Part shown: positions 49,301-62,959 of the stretch, one piece after another
Numbering within the stretch: position 1 is the first letter of the stretch
Layout: each line of letters starts with the position of its first letter
DNA from: Malacoraja senta
Taxonomy: Eukaryota
Direction of reading: 5' to 3'
DNA length: 64,000 bases
NCBI GenBank assembly: GCA_038087875.1
Contig: CM075989.1
Location: 15,252,001 to 15,316,000 of the forward strand
Position numbers and translations under genes: made by a program
The notes under the pieces: generated by a model
The model's input: only the letters and a program-made list of their open reading frames with translations
Database searches by the model: none
What the model was told of the DNA's origin: nothing

Positions 49301-52300
49301 CATGTTCCCCTGTGGTTCATGGCTGGTTGGATTTTTTACTGCTCTGCATAAGATTTAATTTATTTTTGGTTATGTATGTACTTATACATGCAGGTGCAGA
49401 GCAGAAAAATGCAGTGCCCAGCTGTCGGCAACCTGCAAACACATATGTAGTGCACATTAAAAAAGAAACTGCCAACAGTCTTGCATTACATGGAACAAAT
49501 TGCAAATAGAATATGTTGTCCAAGTGCATAAACCTTTGAAACCTCAAGAGTGTCTCATAATGACAAAATGTTTATTATTTTGCAATAGAAATACATAAAT
49601 ATACATGTTGCATAAAATGTGATCACATATATGACTCTATTCCACATTTATTTGATTTATGATTGGCCTCCATGTGTAAATAATTATTTATTTACAAAAT
49701 ATGGTGACCGTGCCCTGCTGGTTTAGAAAAAAACTGAATTGCGCCATTAATACCGCACTCTCTAAATCAAATAAAAGGGGCAGAACTATTAACAGAATAT
49801 ATTTTAGTCGTGGAATGAAAACTCTCAATTAATAGCAGTGTCTGGTACAACAATGTATTAAATCATCACACATAATATAGTAAGTTCTAAAAGGTTTATT
49901 TATACATAAATACACCACATTGTTCCCTCTTTAAAATGTAGTTAAACCCCATTGAAAGTACAGAAAAGCACATGATGTTAACTCTTCAGATTAATATACA
50001 TTTGTAAATTCAGCCAACTATAAAGTTGATGATCGCTGTGTTTACTTAACTCTTCACCACGAATCACAATCTATCCACTCCAGGCACTGAAAATCTTGTG
50101 ATTCACTTCTACAGTTACGTTTTTTTCACATTTGGTCTCACAATCTGCAACATTTGCTGCAAAATATAGTAATTATATTATTAACTATGAATACATTGTA
50201 TCCCATTTTCTTGACCACAATGTTCCTTCTGTTATCAGTATTCACCAAACAGTTCATGTAAATATAAGTAAACTCTATTAAATCATATCCAAGTAAACTC
50301 TATTAAATCATATCCCACAGTAACATCACTGGGAACCAGGTCCAGGAGATTTATCCACCTTTACACTTTGAGAGACCCAACACCTCCACACTCATAAAGT
50401 GCCCTAACATATTGGTATACACCACACTGATCTCACTATCCTCCATGTTCTTCTCCTTGGTGAATACAGATGCAAAGTACTCGCTTAGCACCTCTCTTAC
50501 ATCTTCTGATTCTAGACATAAATTCTCTCCTTTATCCTTGAGTAGTCCTTCGCTTCTCTATAGCTACTGATGCTTTTAATGTACGTACAAAAAGCCTTAG
50601 GATTTTCTTTCATTTGACATTCCAATGACATTTCATGATGAACCTTTTGATTCAAAAGTGGAGAATAACTATTGAGCCAAGATCACCTGGAGATGGGAAA
50701 GATCAAGAGCTATCCAGATTCCTATGTTTGAAACTATTAATGATCAAAGACAGGCAATCCACTGGCCAGAAAAATGCATCAGTACAATGGCAGCAGCAGA
50801 GTTTGACCACAGTATAATACTCCAAGACACTTCACAGGACACTTAATGCCAGGCTACATAAGGAGATTTTGCAATATCTGACTAAAAGCTTTAAAGAAAG
50901 AGGTTTCCCGGGAGTGACTTAAAAGGAGATGCAATACTTTAGTGGAATTCCACTAGTGAATTGTGTATATTGGTATATCAAAGACATTGTGAAGAAATTT
51001 TAATCATTACTAAGCTCTATTGTATGTAGTGGAGGTGTACAGTGAGGTTGAGATATTAATGACTTAAATTCAAAATTTTGCAAATCTCTGTCATAAGAAT
51101 CTAGAATCAGCCCCAAATACTAAAAAAGTTTAGTATTATTTATGGTTCCTTGTTATTTTCCTCAGACGAAGAATTATATGAGATATAATATGATACCATA
51201 AACAAGAGGATAGATGATTGATGAAAATTGAAAACGATTTTCACGTGTGTGACATGACATGCATGGAGGGGATATGTACAGATACGGCAGCATGTGGGTA
51301 GTGGATACCAGGTACTAAACAAGACATAACTATATTTGGTTATTGCTGTTCATGATTTTAACTGATATTGTAAAGGGTGAGTCTCTGAACCTGGAAATAA
51401 AGACAAAAGAAGAAAGTTGTTATTATTTCAAAGTTTATTCATACCAAGAAAGAAAATGTATGACTTTCATACCGAGTTTGACATGAAGTTTACGTTTGCT
51501 TTGGATATGCTGCTGAAAACACTCAGCCTTGAGTTCATGAAAATATATTTAACAAGTTTTAGTTCCCATGCTGTCTTTATACATTCACCGTTTTCTCTTA
51601 TAAGTACCTCAGCATACAAAAAGTATACTGTTGCTGGTCTTATATGCAAACACATGTATTTTTAAACAAACATTGAAGAAGTGCAGTTACATACATACTG
51701 ATTGGAAGTGATTACAATTTCATGGAAGGTAGTTGTAAATGATGCATTTGTGAAATACATGTATACCCAATACAGGATAATTAAGCAGGTTAACTGATTT
51801 AATATTAATAATGTCTCCAAATCCAGTGTATACATATTGTATGAGATGATTGCAAAAAATTATTTCTCAAACCACTTTCTTGGTGAAACACAAAACTAGT
51901 TTGATCAGCAACTGCATCAGCCCTGCCTTCTGCTCCGTACAGAAATTACTTGATCACATGTGTGACCAATTAATTAGTTCTTTATTAATTTAAAATGACA
52001 GTTTAGTGAATTCATATTTGGTGAAAAGCAAGGCACAATAAAGCTAGCTTTTGACATGAAAAATGAATATCAAAGCTGTGGTTTTCAGATGGCATAAACA
52101 TGTTTCCCCCCCCCCCCTCCTCTTTTTTCGGTCACGTGTGTGACATGTAAAGTCAATTAAGCTTTGTTAATTCATTGTGAATGAAAGCTATTCTTTTTAA
52201 GTGAAATATTTTAAAATGGATGTGGACAAGCATATCATAACATAAAAATACAGAAAGGAAGATATTAGATACAATTTTACAGTTGTCTAATAAAGGGGGA

Positions 52301-53279
52301 AAACACGTTATTTTCATTGTAATATGTACCTATGTAAATTTATGCAAATGAGCACAAATGGGGTCTTAATTCAAAAAAATGTTATTCACGTAACTTTGGA
52401 CAATGCTCTTTATGAATATACAATGAAAAAATGTAAATAAAAACTTCATTTTTTAAAAAATTTGGTTCACTTTCCAAAGAATGGCCCAATTACTTTATTT
52501 GTATTTATGTTTTTAAATCAAAAAGAGGATAGTTCAGAAGATTTTGTTACAATCTTGTTCTAAAATGTATCCCAAGTTATCACGAAAGGCACCAACAGTT
52601 TATGTTTCATGTACAACGGGCATCGGATGTTCCGAGGTGCATGTTGCAGAATTTAAACAAATTGAAGTTCTCTTTGAATTGCTCCGAGTATTAAAGATAG
52701 TTTTGAAGAGAATTTGGTGAAGCACTTGAATGACTCTATGAACCCTGCATTAATTCTAAGTGCAATATAAATAGAATTGCTATCATTATTCTAATCCATT
52801 TGGTTATTTAAACTTTGAATCAAGATTTATTTTCAAAATTGCATTGGTAACAATCAACAGCTTTTACCTATCTGCTTAATACTTTTGTAATCAAATAAAA
52901 TATGATTTAAAAATTATACACCAAAAAATCATATGAGCAAGGTGCTAATAAAATTTTACTGTGACATAATTAATAGAGTTATCAATGTCTCAAAGTCCAG
53001 ACAATTTACATATATATCAAATGTTGTGCTACTCTAATTTTGAAGTAGTAGACATGTCACAAATTGATTTTAATTACATATTTGCTTAATTAGAATCAAA
53101 AGTATAGCAAAATAAATTCAGATTTTGTGCTCTTTATAATAAGAAAGGGGAAGAAATGACGACAGAATTAAAATGTGTTAACTATTCTTCATTGAAACAC
53201 ATGGTTCATGATTTCTGAATTCCACCAATTCTAGAATGGATCAAAATGAATTCAAAAGAGCACTTCATTTCTGATGAAT

Positions 53280-53760
53280 CACCCAAAAGATAAAGTAATT
53301 TCCAATGCTGAGTTCTTGTGATCAGGAATTAGGGTATATTGTTTTAAGGAGCACCTATTATTGGGCACTCCCAGATCAATCATGTTACTGTAAAATTGTC
53401 CCTCTGCTGCAGCAATTGCTCCTTGGACTGATTTTACTTCAATACTGGGAACCCAAGAGAATGCGCCACCAACCTCAGCAACCCACTGCCAAATCCCCAA
53501 TCTCACGACCAAACACCCTGTTACTGAGCAACCTCCATTTGGACTTCTGGGCCCGAATCTCCAGGTGCATTCTTGGAACGATTTGATCTCTGTGCATATC
53601 AACCCTTTCTTCCCGAGGTATACGTCACAGTACAGCCTCTCCCATGCCCCCACCACCACCCTTAAGGACCTATCTGGGCTCCCAAATGTGGCCCTCTCTT
53701 TCGCTCCTAAACTCTCCTGACCTGACCCTGGATTCACCCATATTTTTATTTCCATTCGTA
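53280..53760 (-). mobile_element. L1/Tx1-like LINE remnant
   Basis: GC-richer block with a decayed zinc-knuckle-like region (SPNGGCSV...WQWVAEV) resembling a Tx1 ORF2 C-terminus. Confidence 0.4.
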
Positions 53761-54409
53761 GACTGCATGCAGGAAAGAGTGGTGCCCAGCCAATGCTTTG
53801 AGCATCAGGAGAAATTAATTTTGCTGCAAAATCTCAGCCAAATTAAGCTTTAGCATGTCAGCATAGGCAATTTCAAGGCTGACTTTCCCTCAAAAATCAG
53901 TGCTATCCAAACAATGTCAATATTTTAAAAATATATATTCCACAGATGGTACAAAAATGAACAGTATGACATAATTTGTTATCGTAATAAGAAAGTTAAG
54001 ATTAAATAGTTGGACTCTTTTATGAGCACACCCCTTTATTTAAATTTGAATAAACTGGCTTTCAGGCTAAATGGGCACAATTGGAAAAAATATATAATTA
54101 AAGTAGGATGAAAATCAAAATAAGCTGCAGATGGTGGACATTTAAAATTAAAAAAGATGTTGGAAATACTCTGTACCATTCTTCAATCTGAAATGTAAGC
54201 TCTATTTGTCTTTCCACAAATGTGGCCTGGCCTGCTGAAAACTTCCAGCATTCTCTCTTTTCATTAAGTTGAAGGTTAATTTCCAAATATTAATAGGCAG
54301 TATATTTTACTGAGCCCCATATGGTAATTGAGAATTAGCTATCAATTCTTTGCATATATCATTCACAATGTTAACTTTCTCTTAATCATGTCATTGGTTT
54401 TGTCTCAAC

Positions 54410-54442
54410 CAAATATACTATAGCGGAGCTCTAGTATCTTTG
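54410..54442. mobile_element. 33-bp hAT-like micro-MITE
   Basis: 15-bp inverted repeats (13/15) around GGA, flanked by a perfect 8-bp GTCTCAAC duplication. Confidence 0.7.
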
Positions 54443-56369
54443 GTCTCAACAACTCTGTATACTCACTAATTTCCAGATACCAGATAATTCAAAATGTAAA
54501 GCTCATATGCAAAATCAAACACTTCACTTCAATTGTAAACACTAGCATTTTTATGTAGCCTTTGACATAGTAAAATAAACATAACAGTTCATCTGACATC
54601 TAACAAAATATGTCTCCTAGCTACATAAATAGACAGCTTGATCAAAAAGATAGATTTTAATTAGAATCCTAAACGAGCAGGGCTTCTGTGGAAGGCCAGA
54701 GGTAGGCTGCAGTGTGCAAAAGAGGAGTGCTAGAAGGCAGAACTGGAATACAGGCATAATACAGGAGGAGATAACAAGAAGGGACACAGATTTGAAAACA
54801 TTGTTGAGAATTTAAAAATCATAGCAATGATCGACCAACAAATGGACTAGAACACATGGAATTAACAGATCAATGAGATTTGGTGAGAGTCAGGAACATA
54901 ACCACAACATGTTGGATGAGTTGTAGGTGAAAAATGGAGAATATCTAGATCACAGTGCGAGATGACGGAGAAAATAAAACATAATTGAACATAAAATGGC
55001 ATGATTAAAGTAAATTTAGAATAGAGGAACATGTAGTGAATTGTCTTTTTGATTTAAAACATTTTTAGATTTATTTTGTTAACATAGCATACAATATATT
55101 TGTTTAACACAAAAAAATTAATAGGAACGTTTCTATTATCTGTGTCGAATTGAGAAAAGTTATAGCATGCAGTTACAGAATGCTTGTGAGCTTTGGGTAA
55201 AGGGGAAGCCATTTTACTACAGCATTGAGAGCTGTGCCAGGAATTATTCTTTTCAGTGGTCCCTTTCATTTCTTAAGGATTCTATAACAATTATATGCTG
55301 GAATTTAAAGTGAGCTGCACTTACAAAATCACACAGTTTAAACTATAATCATTCATATTTCCAAATGTGCTTCAAAATCAAGATACAGATTTATAAACTT
55401 TCACACCAACAGAAGAACAGATGGACAGTTCCCAGCTATGTCAATGATGAAGGACAACATTACTGGTAAATTTTTTTCATGCCTAAAGACTTGTGTGAAC
55501 TCTGTCAAAGCAGCGTAGCTCAGGCACTGTAACAATACAAAGATCACAGTTGCAGATGCTGAACTGTGGGACACAGGAAATAAATCACTGTGCAATGTCA
55601 GAAAGATCCAATTAAGTCTGAGGGATGAGCAGGTCACATACCCAGTGTCATGGGTTAAATTATTTTCCAGTTTTGCTCTACTCACAAATTGGCAATTCTA
55701 TTGACACCGTGTGTACATAGCACAAGATGAAAATAAAGATATACATTTTTGCTGGTGACTTTCAGAACCCTGTGTGACAAAAATAAACAACAACAATTAG
55801 CGGAATATATTTCTAACACCATGGGTCTAGAATGACATTACAACATATTGTAATCTTTGGAAGAGAAACTGCCATATGTGATTAATGATGATGATCTTAG
55901 TTGAACTGAGCACAGAGTAAAGCAGTGCATTGTAGACAGTTATATTTATACCTTGCAGATATTCCAACTAAAAACTGGAATTTGAAATACATTCTTGTTT
56001 GTTTATTAATATTACAACTAAGGGTAAAATGTTTAAGTTTTGAATTTTATATTCACATTTTTGAAATATCAATATAAAATATTGTAAGTAGATTAAAAAT
56101 ACTAAGCATTAGCGAGAAACTATTATTTTCCTCTTAAAATCTATCCATAGCCCCTCAATAGTTTTTTTTTAAATCACCATCACCGAGCAAGGATTTACAT
56201 TGGTTGCTGAAAAGTAGAAAAATCAGGCACGTTACAAGAGAGATCTGGCTGATTCTCTTGGTAGAGATGTGATTTTTGTTCAATAAAACTTAAAGTGCAT
56301 CCATTAGCATGAGCCTCCAAACTTAATTTTGTTCTTGTACTCCAACTTTCAAAATTAATCTAATGTGGA

Positions 56370-58900
56370 TCAGTATTGGAATTATGATGTTATTACAACT
56401 ATAGTAAGGAAGGAAGGCAGCTTAATGTTCCAGCTTATAGACATTTCAGGTGTGAAAGAGAGAGATGGGAAAGAGAGTGATTTGCACTATTATAGGGAGA
56501 ATATAATGGCGGTACCAGAGGAAGCTAGAGGATATCCTGGAGGGAGTATCCAACAAGGCTGTAGGAGTGGAACATGGGAAAAAGTGAAGGGCAATCACTT
56601 TGCTGGATTATACTAGAGTCACAGTGGGAATGAGAGGAACAGGTGGTATGTAAACAAATCATGCAAAGATATAAGAGTGATAGGGTTATGGTAGTGGGGA
56701 ATTTTAAATTTTCCAGTATTGACTGGGATTGCCTTAGATTGGATGGAATTTGTTAAGTGCATGTAAGGAATTTATTTAACACAATATGTAGAGAGTATTA
56801 CTCAAGATGGGACAGTATTGAACCTCTACCTAAGAAATGAAACTGGGCAGTAGATGGAAAGTCAATGAGAGGGGGGGGGGGGTTTCAATGTTGCTATAGA
56901 AAGGGATGAGGTTGGTCCTCAGGTTATGTTCTTGAAGTAAGAGAACATGATTTCAATAGCATGTGAGATGACCTGGTGAGAGTAAACTGGGATAGATCTC
57001 ACCTTGTACTGGGGACTTATCAACCCTTATAAATCCCAGGACATCAAACACCTCCTCCTTCATCATACTGAACTGATGCTTGAGGCAAAACAAGAGCTGA
57101 CAAGTGGGAGTCTTTTAAAAGAGACCAAGAATTCAGGCGAGCATGTCCGATAAAGGTTTAAAGGCAAAGATGGCAAGATGACAGAATTTTGGATGACAAA
57201 AGATATTAATATTTGATCAGGAAGAGAAAAAGAACATGTGGTAGGTCTAGGCAAATGCAATTGAGGGTTTCTCATGAAGAATATAGAGTGTGTAGGAGAT
57301 AACACAGGAAATAAATTAAGAGGGGAAAAGGAGGGCATGACATATCCTTGCCACATAAGATTAAGGAGGACAATAAGACATTTAATAAATATATTAGGAA
57401 TAAGAAGGTAGATGGGGAAAGAGTGGGTCCCCGTAGGGTCCAAAAGGGTAATCCAAGTGATGTGGATGAGGTCCTAAATTAATATTTCTCATTTATATTC
57501 ATCAAGGAGAAAGACGTGGAAGATGGGCAGTTCAGGCAAGTGGATGTAGATAATCTGGACTAGTTCAGTATGATGAAGGAGGAGGTGTTTGATGTCATGG
57601 GATTCATGAGGGTTGATAAGTCCCCAGTACAAGGTGAGATCTATCCCAGGTTGCTAGGGGAAGCAATGGAAGAGATGGCGGGGGCCCTAATTAACATTTT
57701 TTCTATCTTTGCTAACCAGAAATTAGCCAGATAACTATGGACTAGTGAACCTGAAATCAGTGTTTAGAAATTGTTGGAGAAAATCCAGAGGGATAGAATT
57801 TAGGTATCTTGGTAAAAGCTGGGGCAGATCTGGAATATCATCAGCATGGCTTTATGCAGTGGAAATCATGTCTCACTAACTTGATTGAGATTTTTGAGAA
57901 GGTAAATAAAAAGACCGATGAAGGCAGGAGAGTGGAAGTTGTCTAAATGAACGAGAGTAAGGCATTTGACAAGGTCCCAATGGTAATCTGGTCTAGAAGG
58001 TTAGGACCCATGGGATCGAAGGCTAATTGGATCCAAAATTGTCTTGGTGACAAGAGGCCAAGGGTAGTGGTGGAGGGTTGCTTTTCTGATTGCATGTCTG
58101 TGACCAGTGGTGTACTGCAGAGATTGGTGCTGGTGTCCTTGTTGTTTGTGATGCATATTAACAACTTAGAAATGAATGTAGGAGAATAGTGAGTTTACAG
58201 ATGACATGAAAGTTAGTGATGTTGTGCATGGTGAGGAAGGTTGTCTATGGCTACAGAGTGCTGACAGATGAAACTTAATCCTGACAATTGCAAAGTGAAA
58301 TATTTTGAGAAGTCAAATAGGGATAGAACATTTACAGCTAATATAAGATATTCAGGAATGTTGGTGATTGTGCACAGTTGTGGTCACCACACTATTGGCA
58401 GAATATGATGTCACTAGTGTGGGTGCAGAGGAGATTCACCAGGGTAGACACAAAATGCTGGATTAACTCAGCGGGTCAGGCAACATCCCTGGAGAGATGG
58501 AATGGGTGACGTTTCGGGTCGAGACCCTTCTTCAGACTCTTCGAAGGGTCTCGATCCGAAACATTACCCATTCCTTCTCTCCAGAGATGCTGCCCGACCC
58601 ACTGAGTTACTCCAGCATTTTGTGTCTACCTTCGATTTAAACCAGCATCTGCAGTTCTTTCCTGCACAGACTCACCAGGGTGTTGCCTGGATTGGAGGAC
58701 AGTTGTGGGGAGAGATGGGATAGGCTAGTTTCTTTTCCCTGGTGTGAATGAGGCTGAGACCTGATGGAGGCATATAAAATTATAAGAGGCATGGTGCACT
58801 TATTTCCTATGGTTCATTATTCAAAAATGGAGGGCGATATTAAGAGGTATTAAAGGAGATTTCAGGGGAAAGGTTTATGTATGGCGAGTGGCTGATATCA
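56370..58900 (+). mobile_element. Old, long CR1 remnant (endonuclease to RT) interrupted by a Penelope repeat
   Basis: Decayed VVGDF, cagcatggcttt..tcatgtctcactaacttgattgag, SKAFDKVP, VVVEGCFSD..VTSGV motifs. Confidence 0.75.
58443..58668. repeat. Young inverted Penelope-derived insertion with an intact hammerhead core and a TSD
   Basis: Inverted arms; minus strand 58535-58508 reads CTGAAGAAGGGTCTCGACCCGAAACGTC; TCACCAGGGT duplicated at 58436-58445 and 58672-58681. Confidence 0.8.
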
Positions 58901-60049
58901 ATTGCAAAAGTAAGTAGTTTTATGGAACAAAGTTAATTTTAGATGGTACATACCTAAATGTTATTAATTTTGTTTATCTTCATTTGATAACTATATTTAC
59001 CAGAAACTATCCTTTACGCTATTTTTCTTGCATGACACAGAGCATTGGTGCAATTTGGGGTTACAGGGAGGCCAGAATTGAAAGATTGTCCATTGAAAAA
59101 AACTCCTCAGGTTTACTGTTGAATGTTAATGTACTTGACATGATTTGGCATCTTTTTTAGGCATACCCTATTTGGTGTGATTAATAGTTTTAAACAAATG
59201 TAAAGTTGTTTAATTTAGTATTTTGAAAATTGGTTCAACAATGTAGATTCCCCATTTTTAGTGTTTGTGTGGGGAGAAAACCCCCCGCTGTGCTGCTTCA
59301 ATAACATTCTGCTTGTACCTATTATGCCATGTTTACAAGAGGCATATTAGCGTTGAAACACCAGAAATTAACAATGTTTGGGGATTCCACTTCATAAAGG
59401 AGGAAATTGCATTATTTCCAACATTGTAGCCTGCAGCAAATGTCCACTGCAGAATCAGTGTCGCCAATCAGTGCCAAGGTCACTATTTCTCTGAACCTTT
59501 CCTTGCCTGGCTCATTGCTAACTGTCATAGGGAGTATCAGTAATATCAGTCAATCTGTACTTCACCAGTGAATCAAGCAGTTGACTGATGAATTGTTCAC
59601 CAGGGCAAATAATTTCATCGCTTCCTCTAGCAGAGTGACAGAGCAGAACAGCTTTCCCAGCATGATTTCCGAAAGTCAATGCACTGCTAATAACACACTG
59701 GGAGTTTCTGAACCCCATCAAATAATTTCAAGCTTATATGAACATAAGGGTTTGGACTAAATATAAAAGCTATTTATGCAGGTTTCCTTCGGTGGACATT
59801 TCCTTACAGGCACTTAACAGTTTACATTGCAGGCACTTTTAATACATGTTGGTGGCGTTTCTTTCAGGTATCTATTTTAAGCTAGGACCGATTATAGTTT
59901 AGATGCCATAACATCAGAACAAAGAATCATGCAAGTTGGCATTTTGGTCAAGTGGTTGAACTGACTTTCCTCAATCTTCCCCATTTGCTACTCATGCATG
60001 TGTTATGATTTGCACCTTGCTTTTATCCTCGGTCACTTTTTGCAACAAA

Positions 60050-60830
60050 ACCTTTTGTTTTGTTTCTGAAGAGTTTAGTAACATGGTGCCATACCTCTCC
60101 CTCAATGTCAGCAAGATAAAGAAGAAAGTTATTGACTTTGGGAAACGAGGTGGTGTAAATGCCCCAACCAACATCAGTGGTGCTAAAATGGAGATGATCA
60201 AGCACTTCAAGTTTCCAGATGTAAATATCACCAACAATTTGTCCTGGACAACTACATTGAAGCTATGGCCAAGAAAGCAACATCTCTACTTCCTAAGAAG
60301 CCAAAGAAAGTTTGGCATGTCTTCAATGACACATTCCAATTTCTACAGGTGTACTGTTGAAAGCATCACAGCATGGTTTAGCAACAGTTCTACCCAAGAC
60401 CAAAGAAATTACTGAGAGTTGTGGATGTAGCCCAAACCATTTCACAAACCTGCCAACGCCTTTTGTCTCCATCGATACCTTGTGCTGGCTTGGGAAGGCA
60501 GTCAACATAATCAATCACCATTTTCATTTTGGTCATTCCCTCTTTTCCCCTCTCCCTTTTGGCAGCTGATGCAAAAGCTTGAAAGTACATACCACCAGAC
60601 TCAGGAATAGCTTCTTCCCTGCTATTGTCAGACCATTGAATGGTCCTCACATAAATTAGGGTCCAATCCTGATCTCCCAATTCAATTCATTGTGGACCTT
60701 GCACTCTTTCTATCTGCACTTTCTCTGCAATTGTAACGGCGTAACAATACATTCCACACTCTAGTGTTTTTTATCTGTTTGCACTATCTGTTGTACTTAC
60801 GTACGGCTTGATTGTACTCATCATGTATAG
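60050..60830 (+). mobile_element. Rex1/Babar-like LINE 3' remnant
   Basis: LSLNVSKIKKKVIDF...FKFPDVNITNNLSW...QHLYFLR...NFYRCTVESITAWF. Confidence 0.7.
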
Positions 60831-61080
60831 TATAATTCCTCAGGAAGCACACTGTACTGTATTTTGGTAGACATGAATAATAAACCAATACCAACCAGGA
60901 AGTTTGTGGATGAGAGAGCAAAATAGTACAACAGGAAAAATCATCGGAAATTAAACCAGCAAAATATATGTGAGGTCTAAGCTCGCTGGTCAATAATCAT
61001 CTATTTATCAAATTTAATTAATATAATTCTTCAGCTAATAGGATAAGGCCACCACTCTTTGATGTTGAACAGTCTCTTTT

Positions 61081-61185
61081 GAAGATAGACACAAGGTGCT
61101 GGAGTAACTCAGCGGGACAGGCAACATCTCTGGAGAGAAAGAATGGGTGCCGTTTTGGGTCGAGACCCTTCTTCAGACTGAGAGT
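61081..61185 (-). repeat. Penelope-derived short repeat
   Basis: Same family; hammerhead core mutated (CCCAAAACGGC). Confidence 0.7.
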
Positions 61186-62959
61186 CATCTCACTCTAGAG
61201 TTGGCCATAAATGGCTAGGTGAGAAAACCATCATGTATCTTCTTTCCACTATTTCTTTTTCTCCTGACAAAATGGTAGCTTTCAGCTGCTTCTCTTGTTC
61301 AGTCTGGTGATGTGGGCTAAACTGAAACTTATAAAGGAGTTTGCAAATGGCAGGAGATCGAGTATTTTGAAAAGGCTTTCTCCCAAATAAAAGTGAGTGA
61401 TTTAAATAGTCGACCAAATACTATATTTAAACCTGTCCAAAAAATTGCTCCAGTGGTAGCATGCTGCTTCTCAATCAAATGCCTTTAAGTTTAGACTTGG
61501 TTGACTATCCTTGTTTGAATAGTCTCACTTCTTTTCCGTGAATAGAGAGGTGCTTTGAATTCTGCAGTCAATATTATACAAAATTACCTATCCTTGTCAC
61601 AAATGATTTATTACCATGCTCCTCACTGCTGGATCTTAAGACTCATTTCTCCCAACTGTGAGAAATATATGTGTAAGCGTATTTACCAACTAAACTAAAA
61701 GGATGTTACTTTATGTTTGAACTGGAATTTCTTGTGTACAATTTCTGCGTATTCTAAATCAATTGAGCATTATAACTGCGACTGGCGCATTATGTGAAAC
61801 TAGTTTTGTTCCATTAAATTATTCACTTTTCTCATTACTTTGCTTTCACTGCTTTTTGGTTACTTTATAGAAACATGAAAACCCTGAAAGGAATCTTAAT
61901 AGGAGTTGTAAGTAGGACATATGTTCATCTTTGCATTATTGATAATGTAAATACATATTCATTTCAATGGTTGGGTACTTTTATGGCTTAGACTGTGAAT
62001 ATGGAAGAATTTACAAAAATAATATTGTTTACCTTCAAGCGATAACTAATTTCATTGAACATTTCCCAATTGCATAATTATAATCTAGAGTTAGAAAATA
62101 TTAGATTGAATGGTGATTATTCAAATGAATCTCGCAAGGTTTCATACAACATGTTGACCACAAGATGGCGGAAGAACCTTCAGCGTTACAGCCATGCAAA
62201 TTTGGAGAGCAAGCTGGTTCCATTTTAATTAAGTTATTTTTAGGACTTCGGGATCTATGTCGCATTGGAGATGGAAACCGTTATCAACAACCAAGAGTAC
62301 CATTGTATAAAAAGTGCTTCCTTTGATATTAGATAAGAAAGGTTTATCCAAATCCAATCACTTACACACAAATAATAGGAAATTAAAAGATCCAGGAGAT
62401 AGACAGTATGTTGGGATAAACCATGACAGGGTGCATTTTTGTCATGCAGGCCCGGATCACGATCTAGAGCTTAATGTTATTCTATTAAATCTAAGTGGCT
62501 GCTTGTATATCATTGTACCATTCCCCCCCAACATGACTGCACCAGCTTTAGTGTCAGAGAGGTACCCCCTGAGTATTGAAGAATAATTTTATCTACCACC
62601 CAGTACCACAATTCTATTTATGAGATCTACTTTCTGAAACATTTTATTGGCCGCAAAAACTGTTTTGGATTGTCCCAATGTTGTGAGTTCATAAATTCAA
62701 GGGTTGGTTCACAGCCTCTTGCAGATCAAGCTGGAAATTTTCTTTGTTCACTTTAGACTTTATCCTATACCATTGCCTCCTGTGGTCTCTTTTTGATGTT
62801 TCCAGGAACCCACAGCTTCTCATTTCCATCATTGGGTTTGCATTCTGTTTACTATTGGGGACCAATGGTTGTGATTATCTAATTCATATAAAACACTCTT
62901 CATTTAAATATTACAAAGTTATTTTATTTCTGAGCCTATCCTTATCTCAGAAAAAAAAA

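Noticed and set aside
50266-50315. 25-bp tandem duplication AAGTAAACTCTATTAAATCATATCC x2
   Set aside because: Simple local duplication with nothing further to support a function.
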